From: Azolla caroliniana
Taxonomy: Eukaryota; Plantae; Polypodiophyta
DNA length: 64,000 nucleotides
Reading direction: 5' to 3'
NCBI GenBank assembly: GCA_043228905.1
Contig: JBHGNT010000005.1
Coordinates: 1,550,001-1,614,000, forward strand
The notes beneath the pieces were generated by a model. It ran no database searches, was not told the DNA's origin, and was given only the letters and a program-made list of their open reading frames with translations. This document shows positions 1-14,500 of the stretch, piece by piece. Every line of letters begins with the position of its first letter. Position 1 is the first letter of the stretch. Made by a program: the position numbers and the translations under genes.

Positions 1-256
1 CTTAAGATAGATAGTGGCCAGTGGGTCATTTCCCTGCAATAAAATTTTCTGGGTTTTCACCTCTGATTGGGAGCTCAAAGTTTTGAAAACTACTACAAAA
101 GAACGAGGGATTCCCTGAAGTAATATAATGTATTACTAGGAAAAAGGAATCAACATCGGAGCTACATTCTGTTTGATATCTGAGTTTGTTTTAGACCTAC
201 ATGGTATGTTAATATGGGAATTGCTGCACTTCATGGTGGAAAGTTGTTGTCTACAG

Positions 257-1081
257 GGCTCACTACGAATTACGGAGCAGGGTGAAATGGTCCAGGCAAA
301 GTTTGGCCTTCCTCAGGTAGCGGTCAGACAACTGGAGATCTATACAACAGCTGTTCTTCTTGCAACTATGCATCCTCCTGATCCTCCACGCACAGTTAAC
401 TGGCGCAATGTAATGGAAGAGATATCAGAAATAAGCTGTAGGCAATATAGGAGCCTTGTATACGAGAACAAGGATTTCTTACAGTATTACCATGAAGCTA
501 CACCAGAAGCTGAGCTTGGAAATTTGAATATAGGAAGCAGGCCAACGAGAAGGCGAACAACAGGCGGCATTAATTCCTTGCGTGCAATTCCCTGGATTTT
601 TGCATGGACACAAACAAGGTTTGTGCTGCCCTCATGGCTAGGAGTTGGGGCAGGTCTTGAGGCAGCTTGTTCAAAAGGGTATGAAGAAGAACTGAAAGCT
701 ATGTATAGAGAGTGGCCCTTCTTTCAGTCCACTATCGATCTCATTGAAATGGTGCTTGCTAAGACAGATCTTCACATTGTTAAGCATTACGACGAGCTGT
801 TGGTGGATCCTACCCGTCAGCCCATTGGTGCAGAATTGCGAGAGGCCTTGAGTGTGACCCAAAAACTTGTGTTGCTCATAAGTGGGCATCAGAAGCTCTC
901 CGAGAATAACAAGACGCTGAGGCGTTTGATAGAGAGCCGACAACCCTACCTGAACCCCATCAACATGCTACAAGTTGAGATTTTGCGCCGATTGAGGCAA
1001 GATGAGAATAATCCAAAGCTGAGGGATGCTCTGCTTATCACTATCAATGGAATCTCAGCTGGCATGCGCAACACTGGATAG
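257..1081 (+). CDS. PPC4: Phosphoenolpyruvate carboxylase, bacterial-type (BTPC/PPC4-like); terminal exon only, gene starts upstream of the window
   Basis: After the acceptor ctacag|GGC the frame reads GSLRITEQGEM...LNIGSRP...LRAIPWIFAWTQTR...TINGISAGMRNTG*. The C-terminal RNTG (not QNTG) is the established signature of bacterial-type plant PEPC. Confidence 0.95.
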   Translation, partial: GSLRITEQGEMVQAKFGLPQVAVRQLEIYTTAVLLATMHPPDPPRTVNWRNVMEEISEISCRQYRSLVYENKDFLQYYHEATPEAELGNLNIGSRPTRRRTTGGINSLRAIPWIFAWTQTRFVLPSWLGVGAGLEAACSKGYEEELKAMYREWPFFQSTIDLIEMVLAKTDLHIVKHYDELLVDPTRQPIGAELREALSVTQKLVLLISGHQKLSENNKTLRRLIESRQPYLNPINMLQVEILRRLRQDENNPKLRDALLITINGISAGMRNTG

Positions 1082-2545
1082 TTCATACTCGTGACATTTG
1101 GTTTTCCATTTCTAGTTACTTGACCTTATTCCCAACCAATCAAAAACCACCGTATAGTAGGTGTTTTAGAATACAAAATACTATTCACGTATATAAATTT
1201 TATGGCAATTGAAAACCTAGTTTCATGTAGAGAAAAATATAAAATTGTACTGGTTTAAGGATGATTCAGACTGCCACCCCGGCCATAAAGTTAAAAGAAT
1301 ATAGTGCTTCAGGTTGTTCATTGAGCTTGCCTGGGTTATGACATTTTTCCTCGCCTCTACCCGAGTATTTTTGCACAGCCACACCAGAGTGAGAGAAGCT
1401 GTCTATCCCTTTTTTTTTGCCACTGATTTCGTACCACATCAGCACAAATTCATGTCCGATGCTTCACTCAGAAACAAGATCTGAGATGGAGGTGATGAAT
1501 GCGGATGCTAGGTTTGATTCATTTGTGTGCCCGTCTTTAAGTTTGTAAAATGTATGAAGTGTGCCTGAAAAGTATTTGGTATTCATGCATGTAAATTGAA
1601 ACTGTGGATGTCACAAAGAAAAAGAGTGATTATTTGCATTGATTAGGAGTCTGATGTTAGGTTGTTACTTCATTATATGTTGGAATGTTAAACTGTCTTG
1701 CTTACATGATGCTTCTTTAATAGGAACATCCTATTGTGAGTCCTTTGGCCGAAATGCACTTCATGCATTCTTAAACAAGGACTTGTGATATAGGTATCCT
1801 TCATGCACCAAAGTTCCAAACCATGATTATCAAGGAAGGCAAGAATAAGGCAAGTGTTCTCTTCCCAACTGATACCCTGGATGGAAGCCTAGACAAACTC
1901 ACTATCTAGATTGTGCATAGAGACACGTCTAGAAACATACATTGTTTAATCACTGATGCCTCCATTAGGATATCCTCCTCTCTACTTCTGATAGCGTGCG
2001 AATTACATGGTAGATTAGACAATGCAAAATGATTACTTGATATAGAGAAATAATTGAGAAGACAGAATTTTGTATTATTCTTAGCAATGCAGTGATAAAA
2101 TCAAATAAACCTAAAGCAAGTGGAATAAAAAAGAATTATTTCTTAGTATGTTTATTTGTTAGGTAGTTGGATAAGCGATTGACAATTGGCCAACATACTA
2201 AGTCATGAATTATGAAATAAAACCACACTAATTATTATTACAGCCTCTAATTGCTGTCCAATAATATACAATCTATATTTTGAACTCCTGAATCACATTA
2301 GGTACTTCAGTTGTGGAAGAAAATCTACTCATTAGCCACCTAAGTAAGCTTATAAGTTGCTTCCATGTCCCATATTATAGCATGCTTATTTTTGCGACAT
2401 AATTTTGATTTGGATTATCAACTAGTCTGAATTGATCAATTGGAGGCGAAGTTTCAAACGTGAAATCATGATGGCCAATAATATAAGTTATTACACCATG
2501 TAGAGGTGTTGGAATTGGTGGAAAAACTGTGGAAACATTGGTTAT

Positions 2546-2805
2546 TTGGTAGTAAATTTATGGCACTTAATAGTGCACAACAATGATTTCATCATAAGAA
2601 ACGTATTGAAGATAGAGCTTGATTGGTGGTGAACTTATCATTTACATGGCTCATCAACCAATGATGGTGGAGAGATTGGTTGCTTGATAGTAAAATATTG
2701 AGGCTCTTAGCGCACAACGATGCTTGCTATCATAAGTTTATTGAAGATGGAGCTTAGTTGATCGTGAACCTTGCATGGGTTGTCACTTAATGATAGTGGC
2801 ATTGA
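2546..2805. repeat. Degenerate tandem dimer, unit about 130-140 bp
   Basis: ttg(g/a)tagtaaa...gcacaac(a/g)atg...tcataag...tattgaagat(a/g)gagctt...gtgaac...aatgat(g/a)gtgg occurs twice in succession. Confidence 0.55.
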
Positions 2806-3554
2806 GTGTTATCTAGACAATAATATGAGCTTTCATTTCATACTAAAGTATTTCTTTGATGGGCCATGATGGAGGGGTTGCTTTTAATGGCGTTTTTTTT
2901 GTAAAATAATTGAGGAGGATTTCAAATGTAGATTCTAGAATACTAATGGCCTATTTTACAAAGTAGAATTACCTCTAAACATTACCATTCATTTTATGTT
3001 CCATGTTAGTTGTCTTAAGGGAAGACTTGGGTAGGATTATTTGGCAACTCCGTTATATGTGACAATTACCTATTTATGTTGAACTTAAGGGTTGTATGAT
3101 TCGGGATGGTGGTTGAGCATGAAATGGCAAAAAACAAGTGTATAAATGTCTTGGATTAATGCGACACAATATGTATGCTTTGATTTAGTATAGGACAATT
3201 CTAGAATAAAAAACCAAAAATCCATACTAGCACAAACTTTAGTTGAAAGCCTTGGGAGTCTCGATGTGTGAGCCAAATCGCCAAATTTATTGACACAAAA
3301 TGTAAACTTTGTTTTTGCCTACTTCAATACTAAGATTAGTTTGTATTCCAACATCGGTTCTATAAATACATTCAATATTTTCAGCGCACTTTGATATCAA
3401 TCCTTTGAACACATATTCGTATAACTTGGATATAAAAATTAATATCACCAACTATATTAGCTAATATAACCAAAATACTATGTTTATATACTATTCCCCT
3501 TTTTCGTAACATTGTGCATACATTGTCAACATTCACATCTGCACTTATGTTCAC

Positions 3555-3668
3555 TTTTTTAATGAAATAACTTGGGAATTTCTGGCGCCTTTATTTTTAG
3601 CACAAAATGCTGATTTTTAATGAAATAACTTGGGAATTTCTAGCATCTTTATGTTTCGCACAAAATGT
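3555..3668. repeat. Tandem duplication, unit about 59 bp
   Basis: tttttaatgaaataacttgggaatttct...tttat...gcacaaaatg is present twice, directly adjacent. Confidence 0.75.
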
Positions 3669-5564
3669 CGGCAATAAATATACAATAACATTGTTTTGTA
3701 TGTAGAATGCATTGAGATAAATTATAATATTCCATATGACAATATTGTTTCTTTTTTGTCAAAGAGTAATACCATCTATAACAATCTAATGACAAGTTTT
3801 TATTAACTACCACACATTTTGCATAATACATGATTATAAATAGATTTAGATATTGCAATGAAAAGGATAGGTAGATTATTTGTTGCTTCTTTTCTACCTG
3901 CTTGAATTGTAATATGTTGAGCTTACTTGATGTGATACATGTAATAATCGATTTGTTTCTTGTTCTCTTCACACTATGATAACATTGTCGAAACCTTATT
4001 GCTGGAAGGGAGAGAATGATTCTTGCTCCTCCAAAGAGGTATAGCATCTAGTTAGTTGTACTTTATTCATTAAAGAGAGGATGTTGTAACACATGTATTA
4101 TTCATCTATACTTAATGGGATCACGATATCACATCACCTTTTGTTGTCTTTGTGCACAAGATGTTATGGTCTTCTTACTCTTCTATGTTCTTTGTGCACA
4201 ACATGATACATAAGAAGGAAGATCCTTGACACATTATGGGCAAAACTAAGTGAGAACATCATGCCACCTAATTCTATGGTGTTATGTACACATAAATTCC
4301 ACATCTATATCGAAAAAACAATCACACCTAAAAGTTTTGGTTTATGCTATCCAATTTTCTCTCTTTTATCAAGAAAAAGGTTATAAGACATCACTCTCCT
4401 CATATTTCTCCTACTTTTGAATACTGTAAGATCAATATCGGAAATAGTGGTCGAAACCTAGAATATATCCCAATGTGATACTTCTCAATTATCTAAAATT
4501 GCTCACATACATTTTAATTTTAAGCTTTCATTCTATTCTCATTTTAATATCCATGTAAGAAATATCTACACTTTGTAATGTGCAAGTCAAGCAAGTGGGC
4601 TATAAAGTAAAACTATATTGTCGCATTGGTGTATTTATACTATGACATCACAAATCAATCAAATTCATGTTAAATTTGGCTTATTTTCTTCAAAATTCAC
4701 CAATATAAAATGGCATCAACAAGTTGGTTGCTTATCATAAATGATATCGACAAGATACCTACTTCACTCCAAGATAGATGTACCATCGTTTAGAGCTTAT
4801 CCCACAAGCTCATGATGTTGTTGTATAGTGGAACAATACACAACATGCGTAAGGTAATGTTATGCACAGTCGCATATGTATGGTTATATTGATACATAGA
4901 GATATATGAAAAAATGCAATGTACTCCAAAGTATACTTGAACAATACATTGTCATATGCACGGCATGTGCACATACACAAACACACACGCGCGAAATATG
5001 CATTGCCATGTGATTGTGGTTCACATGTATCGACAAGCATGTGAACAAACATTACATTATGTTAGATCAATATAAAAAACTAACATAGTTTGGATGGATA
5101 GCAATAGCTAGTTACGGTGTCGAGACCTTCCTTTGTGTCGACATGCATTACATCCAATTATAATGATAAAAGAAGCTCACCTCTCTTGTACTACTAGCAA
5201 GGGCCACTTATGCTTCGAGCCCTTCATTTCTGGTAGTCAGAGAGAAAGTTGTGATCAGAGTCATCGATTGAGAGGTACAAAGTGGATATTATAGTGGAAC
5301 AAGCCCATCTCGTGGATAACCATATATATATATGTATATATATATATATTTTGTATGAAAAAAAAGAAGACAATAAAATCATAATACCCTCCATTGATTT
5401 GAATAAGAAAAGCTTGTAAGCAATCACCAAAAGAAAGAAGAACATCTAATCATCTTTGCGAGAGGGAGACAGAGTTGCGGTTGATTTCTTTCTCCTCTAT
5501 ATAAATATAGCGACAGAGATTGATCGGAACTCTGGTATATATACACACACATACATAGAAAGAG

Positions 5565-8500
5565 ATGGATTCCTGCTCAAGTAGAACAGGGCTCTCTGTT
5601 CTGCTCCCTTTACAGGAAGACCTTGGTCTAATCAACCATGCCCAAGTCCAAGGATTTAAGAACAGAGACCTATTTGATTGGAGAGATAAAACTCTCCACC
5701 ATGTCTTCAATTCAGATTCAGATTGTACATCTTTCCTCTCCGATGATGACAGGGATATGATCGATTCAAAAAAAATAAAGTCTTTCCTTGAAATTGTTTT
5801 GTTGCAACACAGGATTGAGGAGGAAATAAATTTCCGAGAGGGGATTGAAATAACAAAGATAAGCGGATCAGATAATAACAATGGCAATGATGATGCTCTT
5901 GTTACAGTCAATAAGATGAGTGGAGCAGGGGATATGAAGATTATTCAAAGAAGAAGAAGAGGAGGGGTTGCTATAGAAAGCCAGGATGCATTTTGTAGTA
6001 TCTGTGCAAATGCATGCGTTTCAAGAGGAAAATGGATGTATGAAGTGACTCTCGAGACTTCAGGGATACAACAATTAGGATGGGCAACACAAAAATGTAT
6101 TTTCACAAGAGAAGAAGGTGTTGGAGACTCTCAAGATTCATATGCATATGATGGAAAAAGAGTGAGGAAATGGTGTGTTTCATGGTACCCATATGGGCAA
6201 CCTTGGGTTCAAGGGGATGTGATTGGGTGTCTTATTGATCTTGAAAAAGGAGAAATTTCGTTCTCAAGGAATGGAACATCACTGGGCATTGCATTCACAG
6301 AGGTGGGAATTTTACCATATTATCCTGCTATATCGTTATCTCAAGGTGAGAGATGTGATTTGAACTTTGGTGGGAAACCATTCCGGTATCCAGTGGAAGG
6401 ATTTCAATCTATACAAGCCCCTCCAATTATGAGTGATGGAATGTATGTTTTTCAGGCATTATCAAGAGCCCAATTCTTGTTAGGTGCTCTCCAAAGACTA
6501 TTGCAGCTCGACAGTAAAGAAGTCATTGCATCCATGACGCCTATTGATAGATTGAAACGTCCAAAACCACTCGGTGAAGAGTCGACTATTCTTGTCGGGC
6601 GAGAGATTTGTAGACCACTTGCTCTCTTATTAATTTTAGATTCTCACGCTTTTGAATATGTGATTTGGGGAGCACTTGTTCCGTTTCTGATGGAACTATA
6701 TCAATTTCAACCACCACATGATGTTGCAAGTGTGGAGATTGCATTAGAAATGATGTTCTCCTTTTTGGATTCAAGAAGCATTCGTGGTTGCATATGCGAG
6801 ATTATGGAAGCTCTTGCATTTGGTTGTAGAACTTCCCCTATTAAACTTGTTCAGTCACCATACACAGGTTCATACCCATATTTAGCCTTAGCAACCCACT
6901 TAATCCAAAGGCGGGATCATTTGCTACATTGGTGTTGCTCAGAAACTTTTGAGTTGTGCTTGGAAGGTTTATTTTCAAGGAAGGCACAGAACAAATATGA
7001 CCTTGAGAAGCTTATGCCAACTGTGTGGTGGCCTGGATCTCGGGACGATTTGTGTACTGAGAACAACATGAGACAAACTTCTCAAGCTTTATCCAGAGCT
7101 ATTGGCAAAGTATTCTTATTGTATACAGCATCAATTTGTTTTTTAATTTTATACTCAATGTTAAGTTCTATAATTGTGCAATGTTAATTTTTCATCTATA
7201 TCTACTTGAAAGGTGCTCTTCAATTTTGTATTCATTATATCAGGTTGAAGAACTTCAGTGGGAAATATCCCATTGTTTGTTGGAGTTTGTGCCAGTCAAA
7301 GAGAATAATTTGTTTGCTGATTCCGAGTTTCCAAAGGCAAGTTTGATGCATCCATCGGGATCGGTTTTTATGTCATTTTTGAGGCATCTCATTTATAAAA
7401 ACAAAGGAGCAGCAAAGAACATTCTTCCCCCTGGTTTGTCAGACAATTCTGTTTTAATGACAGTATACACTGTCCTTCTTCGGTTTTTATCGAAGGGATA
7501 TACTACAAACAACATCAAAACTATGGGCAAAGATGAAGATGCAATGGTTGGATTCTTGCATAGAGGTGGCAAGAGAAGTTTCAGAGTCCAACTATTTTTA
7601 GATGCTGATTCTTATGTTAGCGATTTCACCAGACTTGGTGGAACATTTAGTCATCTTTCCAAAGCACATAATCTTGCCCCAAGTGATTATAATGCCATAA
7701 TTTGGGAGGAAGGTTGCATGGAAGAAGAGAGTGAAAGAAAATTCACACACCAAGGGAAGCAAAAACCATGTTGTTGTGCTGGAATATTAGGCAACCCGAG
7801 TAGCTGCAATAAAGGATTTGTTCGAGTTCTTAACAAAGGTTTCAACATACATGCGAATGGTGTTAGGGAAAGCAATGAAACTTCGAGACCTGAGCATGGT
7901 AGGAGGAACATTTGCACCAATCATGAAGAAGAGAAGACAAGTTCTAGTGGCAGAGCTGAACCCATTTTCCGAATCCCACTTCATCATCATCATCATTCAC
8001 AGAAGAAAAGCTTTACTTCTAAGACATTTTTGACATCTGATGTTGTTTGTGAAGATGAGTTGTTTGATATAATGGTGATGTTGTACCATTTAGGAGTCGC
8101 ACCCAACTTTAAACAGGTATCCCTGCCTGTATATAATTGATTTGATTTTTCTTTTAAAATTACAAGTCATTGAAAATGTATCTCTACATGGCGTCGTAGC
8201 TGAATCATTGTAAGAGGGTCAGTGTATGGTGAAGAAATTTAAATAAGAGTGCATAAGAGGAGATGTTTTCTGACGGGGGGGATTAAAAGGGAGGTTCTTA
8301 TGGAAAGATTTTATGGGGATTGACAGATAATTAGAGGACATATGGGGGTAGACATCTATGTTGTCTGGAACTGAATTGGTAGAAATTATAGGCAGAATGC
8401 ATTGTATGATTGTTTTACCCTAATGATCATTTTTCTGGTGGTATTGTAGGCATCATACTTTTCGCAACATCAGCTACAAGTAATGACACAATTGGATGAC

Positions 8501-11500
8501 ACTGACAGGCAGATACGCAGTGAAAAAACATCGAATGAGCTAGTGAAGCGATTGAAAGAAGCTAGATCTGTTTACAGGGATGATTTAATCGAGTGTGTAC
8601 GCCAAAGTACATGGTTCGTTCTTAATCACTAATCACTTACAGTGTTTGATTTTTCAACTTATTTACCCTAATAACATTCAAGACATTTTGTTGCACATTT
8701 GTGTTCAGGTACAAAGTTTCGCTCTTTTCTAAATGGAAACAAAAGGGCATGTTTGCCACGTGCATGTGGATTGTTCAATTGCTACTTGTGCTGAGTGATA
8801 ATGATACATTATTTCGCTTTGTGCCTGAGTACTATGTTGAAACTCTGGTTAGTAAATTTTATTTCTCAATCCTTGATCTATTGTACATTAGTCAATATTG
8901 ACTGAAGTTGAATAACAATTCTACAATTAAACACTTCTTTGGGATGCAATATGTTATACTGCTGGACCTAGAGCTTATATTCTGAGGCTTCCTATGAAAT
9001 CAACTAGTAAAATTGAAGTATGACTTAATGGTATTGAGAAATCAATTGCTAGTATCGTTTGGATGTTTGTTTATTTTATCAGAAGATAATACATATTGTT
9101 GTCTTTGATAAAGTGTAGTGTAGTTTAAACAATCTTCTTTTCTTAAGGTGATTGATTTATTTTTTTACTGAAATAAAACGATTTCCTTGATAGCTGGACT
9201 GCTTTCATGCATTGCGGCGGAGTGAACCATTGTTTGTTTCTCCAGCAGCTCTGTTGCAGCAAGGGCTATCTCCTCTTGTAAGTTCCTTGCATCAACACTG
9301 GAAATTTATCTAGATTTATTTAGCTATTTTCCTTTTTGTTTGAAGGAAACATTTGAGTTATTGGTAGTTGAGGAGCTTTATTTAGTTTTTAATTGTGTTT
9401 CATTCCTTGTTGTGATTCTGTTTTATGGGTCAGCTACTTGTAAAAATATTTGAGTAACCATTATCAAATATTTTAAGATTAGCTGAAAGAAAGTGTGTAG
9501 CTCTACAGTACTATTCACTAAAAGAGCACAAAGAAAGATACTCAAGGAATGCTGAATCTCTTGTAAAATGGAAGGCCTGAGCTTATCAATCCTCAGAAAA
9601 AGGCGCTGTTAAAAACATAATAAATGTTTACAGCAGCTGGAATTTGTAATATCTACATGCGGGGTTTAAAAGAAAGCTCGGGTTATGGTTCTCCTAGATA
9701 TGATCAAGTTGGATTCAAATGCTTCCAACTTCCTACACATCAATATCCACCATCAGAAGAAAACATATCAAGCCATGAAAATATGGGTCAGTAATCTAGG
9801 TGTCCTATTGCCATATTGAGAAGATATAAAGTTTGTTCCTTGTGCATGCCAACCTTGAAATCTATGCTACTTGGGTAAAGTAGAGCAACATTATTAGGCT
9901 TCTTCTTTCTTTTATACTCTGCTGATCTCATTGTTAAACTTAACTCTTGTGAGGGGCACAACATATGGTTGTCTCGAACTTGAGCTTTCACACTTTAGCT
10001 ACATGTTTGCATTTCTCTCTGTCTGTTGAACCCTAAACCCTAAGCTTAGGTTGTGGAAATCTAAACTCTAATGTCTGTGCCAATGAATCCCTGTGTTAAC
10101 CTGTGCTGATTCTCTATTTCAATGTCTCCTTAATAATTAATCTCTGTGTTAATGTCTGCTGATTTCTTGTATTCATCTTTGTTGAAACTATGTGCTAATC
10201 TCTCCTGAATATCTGCATTAATCTCATTTTACTCCCTGCACCAATGTCTGCTGAATTGTCGTGTTAAATGCTACCGAATCTTTGCTTTACTATAGTTAAT
10301 CTCCAGCTTAATATTTGCCCAATTTCCTGCAAATATCTGCTTAAATACCATGAACTCTGAGTGGATAGCTAATGAAGCTGAGGCCTAAGATGAATATTCT
10401 GGAAGTCAAGGTAGATATATGGAAAACACCACAAAGATACTAGAGATGGAAAGGAATGGATGGACCACAGCAAGTAGTGCCCAAAGGGCGAGTAAGATAC
10501 TCAAAATGCAAGTCTTGCTAGACCGGGAAGAGGGAAAAGACGATATCTTACACAAGTAATTAGTGATCAGATTAATTTCATGAAACATTATATCGAAACA
10601 ATATCAAAAGAGATGAAATGTAGTATGCAATGGGAGCTAGAAAGGCAGAAACAGAATTGTGTATACTTTTGAAGATGGAACTGCAAGACATTCTACGAAA
10701 TGTCATTAGAAGTCTTGTAAGGCAATCAAATCTAAAGGTTAATGATGATATGGTAAAGTACGTCAAAGCTGAAATGTCACCAAATAAAGTCAAACTAGTA
10801 TCAATGAACCAAGTAACTAAAGTTGATTTAAAGAAATAAATGTGTAAAGTAAAAGACATTGTAAAGAAGGAAATGTGAACATGGGCAGAGGTAGCAAAAG
10901 ATGCCAAAGCCGGAGTAGGACATTCTTAGAAAGAAATAAAACAAATAGTCCTTGGATCGAAGTAGGAAAAACATAGAAGGGAGTACCCATAGACAAGCTA
11001 AAAGTGATGAATGCAACAGTAGAAGAAGAAGCCCAATGGAAAGCTCGTGCACTACACGTACAAGTTGTTGGATGGGTTGAAAAATGAAGCCCACAAGAAG
11101 ATGCTCAAAACGTCAGAATAATGATTGGCGCATTGAATATTGGATTGAGATACTGAAAAAGTAGAAAGAAACTTTCATAGAAAAGGTAGAAGTGACGAAT
11201 GTAACATTAGAAGAACCCAAAGGAAAGCTTCTGCACATGTACAAGTTTTTGGATGATGTTGGATGGTTGAAAAAGGAACCATAGAAGAAGATGCTCGAAA
11301 TTTCGGAATAAGGATCAGAACATTGGACGTTGGATTGAGTTAGTCAAAAAGTCGAAAGGAGCATCCATAGACAAACTAGAATTGATGAATGCAAGATTAG
11401 AAGAAGCTGCCTGGAAAGTTTGTGGATGGTTGAAGGAGGAACTCCGCAAGGAGGTGCCTGAATCTTAGGTATTCCGATTGCTTTAATACAAAGATTGGGT

Positions 11501-14500
11501 AGTGACGGGTCCAGGCCTAAGGCTTTGATCATCCTGTTCATAGATATAGACAAAAAGAAATCTTTCCTATCCACAAGGCCAATCAAGGTTGACAAAATAT
11601 TTAGATGAATATCTCACACCGTCCCAAGTACTCATGCTAGAAAGCACTAGAGGATCTGGTGGCATGGCTTTTTACAAAAAAGAGCTTCATGATAGAGCAT
11701 GTGTTCTGCATAAGGATGTAGATGCACATTATATGTATGAATCTAAAGGGGGGACTGTAGAGAATTATATATTGCAATCTCCTACTTTCCACCTGCCTAC
11801 TCGTAATTTGCATCTATCAGAGAATCACCATATTTACTAGTATATTGTAGTATCATAAGATTCACTAGTATGAGGAATATAATACTATTAAGGGACTTCA
11901 ATCTACGCACTAAGGATACAAGCAAGGCCATGTATGGAGAAGTTATTTCAGAAGAAGTTAACCTGAACTGGTGAGTTCAAGATATGAGCAAAGTAACAAA
12001 AATGGCCAACACTTTCTAGCCCTTGGTAGTGCACATGGATGTATAATATACATTAGTTTGTTGCTATGACCAATATCAGATGCTTTAACATGTTGGAACC
12101 ACAAAGGAGGTGCAAGTAAGGTCGATTACATGATGTGATTCCCATCTCTTCTCATGAAGATAGCATATTGTAAGATGTAATTTCTTGTTCTCCAAGATGA
12201 GACAACATTTTAAGATGCAATCTCTAGTTTGGACCTAAAGGCCATTTTGTTAATACATCTCTTTCTTTTTTTCTTTCACTATGTGTAATTGACCTATTGG
12301 CTTGGTAGCAGATCATCCATATCAATGCTTTAAGGTAAATGATGGATGTCAAAACAATGAATATGCTAAGAGTAAGATTGGGCATGTTAAATACGAACTT
12401 ACTTGGGAAATTTGATGGGTATAACTTTGGAGTGTATAATGGCATCCTTGATTTAGATCCTTTTGCATCCCTAGAGGAAGTCACGCAAAGGTTGTCATTG
12501 TCGTTGCGTTATGACGCCCATACATAGTACAGCCATACAAAATATGATGAGGAATGTGGTGAAATAAGGAGAAGCTTGGAATGAGAAGTGACCTATGGGA
12601 TTTGCACTTCGGTCTTTATATAGATAAGATATCTAACTACATAGCAAAATTGGGCGGTTCAGGAGCATGTGCAATGGGTAGCCAATTGATATTACTGTAT
12701 GCCAATGACGTTTTGTTGATCTCTGACTCTCCAGGGGGCCTATAAAGACATCTAAATTCTTTAAAGTCATTTTGTACAAAGAAGGATTTGTTGATCAGCC
12801 TTGATAAACTAAAGTTATGGCGTTTAACACTTCTCAAGCATGGGTAACAGGATGTTGGGATTACGGTCCCTCCGGATGGGATGGTCAGATGTCCGGGAAT
12901 CGGGAATGAAGACCCGAACGAGGAGTACCCGGTTCCGGAGCCGGATGATGAAGACCCGGTTCCGGATCCGGATGATGAAGACCCGGTTCCGGATCCGGAT
13001 GATGAAGACCCGGTTCCGGATCCGGATGATGAAGACCCCGACTACGGAGCCGGATGATGAAGACCCCGGCTATGGAGCCGGATGATGAATGTACCCGGAG
13101 AGAGATCCGGATGCGGGGACATATTTGTGAATATGTTTGCCAAGGGCTCTCTAGGCTGTATTTGTAAATAGCCCGAAAGTCATATGTGTATAAATATGAC
13201 TTAGGGCAAACAGTTTTGTTGTTGTTGCTCATTTTTCTGTTTGCGAAGTGAGAGCAGCCGAGAGAGAGAGAGAGAGAGAGACGAAGAGGTCGTTGCCTCT
13301 GTGTATTACCGCCGCCTGTGGCGAAGACAGTGAGCTCAAGGTTGCTGCCTTGTAGCTTCACCATTGTACATCTCTGTTTATAGTGATAGTTGGAGTTTGA
13401 GGACTCCCGTGGTTTTTCCCGTCTAGGGTTTTCCACGCTAAACCCTGTGCATTCGAGTCTCTCTCTGTGTTTTCGATTTACTGCTGCATTGATTCGTGTT
13501 TCCTCGGTTGTGGCCGAGAGTGGAAGGTTTGGAAAGCTTCAATTTCTAACACAGGATTGGAACCAAAATTCTTGGAAGAGGAAATGGTGGCATATAACCA
13601 ATCACACACATATCTAGGAATAACTCATAGGGCCACAATTCCCAGATTTCTTTTGCTCGTTATTCTGATGGATATGCAGCCCTTGGCACCCATGAAAGAC
13701 AATGTGCACATGAACTGATTATGAAGCCGTCTTATTTGGATACCTATCTATCTCATGTGCTCCATAGTGCGATAGGATGGTTCAGGATCTCTTCATATCA
13801 GTTAGAAATTGAGATAGTAAGGTATGCATGCAAACCTATGGAAGAATGGAAATGCCAATTGTGCCATTGGTTACCTATCTATCTCATGCGCTCCATGGTG
13901 TGATAGGACAGTTCAGGACCTCTTCACATTAATTAGAAATTGAGGCAGTAAGATATGCATGCAACCTATAAAAAAATGGAAATGCCAATTGTGCCATTGG
14001 GGAGCGGAATTAGAGAACCCTAATACCACTGCCTCTTCAAACAAGGCTTTGGTCTAGTGTGCAAGATCTTGGAACACAAACAAATGGTGCTTGGAACAGT
14101 TCTTGCTTGCGCTCAAGAGACAATAGGTCATGAACAGAGGTCAATGACAATTTTCTTTAGCCAGATCACTCCTTCTCATGCTACAAGTTAATTAAAGACC
14201 ACACAAGTGGATTCTCAACCATGACACTTGGAAGAGATTACAATAGATCAGGCAATAGCTATGTGTTATGCTTCCTCTCTTTGGAGATCTCTCCATCTTG
14301 GAGTTGCCCATGTTGGAGATTTTTCAAAGACAAGTTTCTGTCTATCTAAATTTAGAATCTCAAGTTCTTAGATATGTAGATTCTTTAGTACTGCATGTTT
14401 AATTGTATTTGATTTTGTTTGTGCTCTCAAAGATGAGAAAACATTGTAAGATGTAACCTCTTGTCTGGTCTTATTGGCCATTTTGGCCTCTTAAAAGACC

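Noticed and set aside
173-256. N-terminal part of the 302-aa ORF as coding sequence
   Set aside because: It lies upstream of the splice acceptor at 255-256 and shows no PEPC similarity, so it is intronic.
257-1081. Bacterial contamination or recent horizontal transfer of PEPC
   Set aside because: The exon has a spliceosomal acceptor, and bacterial-type PEPC is a normal green-plant nuclear gene.
10028-10043. Telo-box or telomeric AAACCCTAA motif (also at about 61588)
   Set aside because: Only one or two units, and not proximal to a start codon or likely promoter.
12885-13436. 183-aa minus ORF with PGLHHPDPE repeats
   Set aside because: It is the translation of the LTR minisatellite, not a credible protein.
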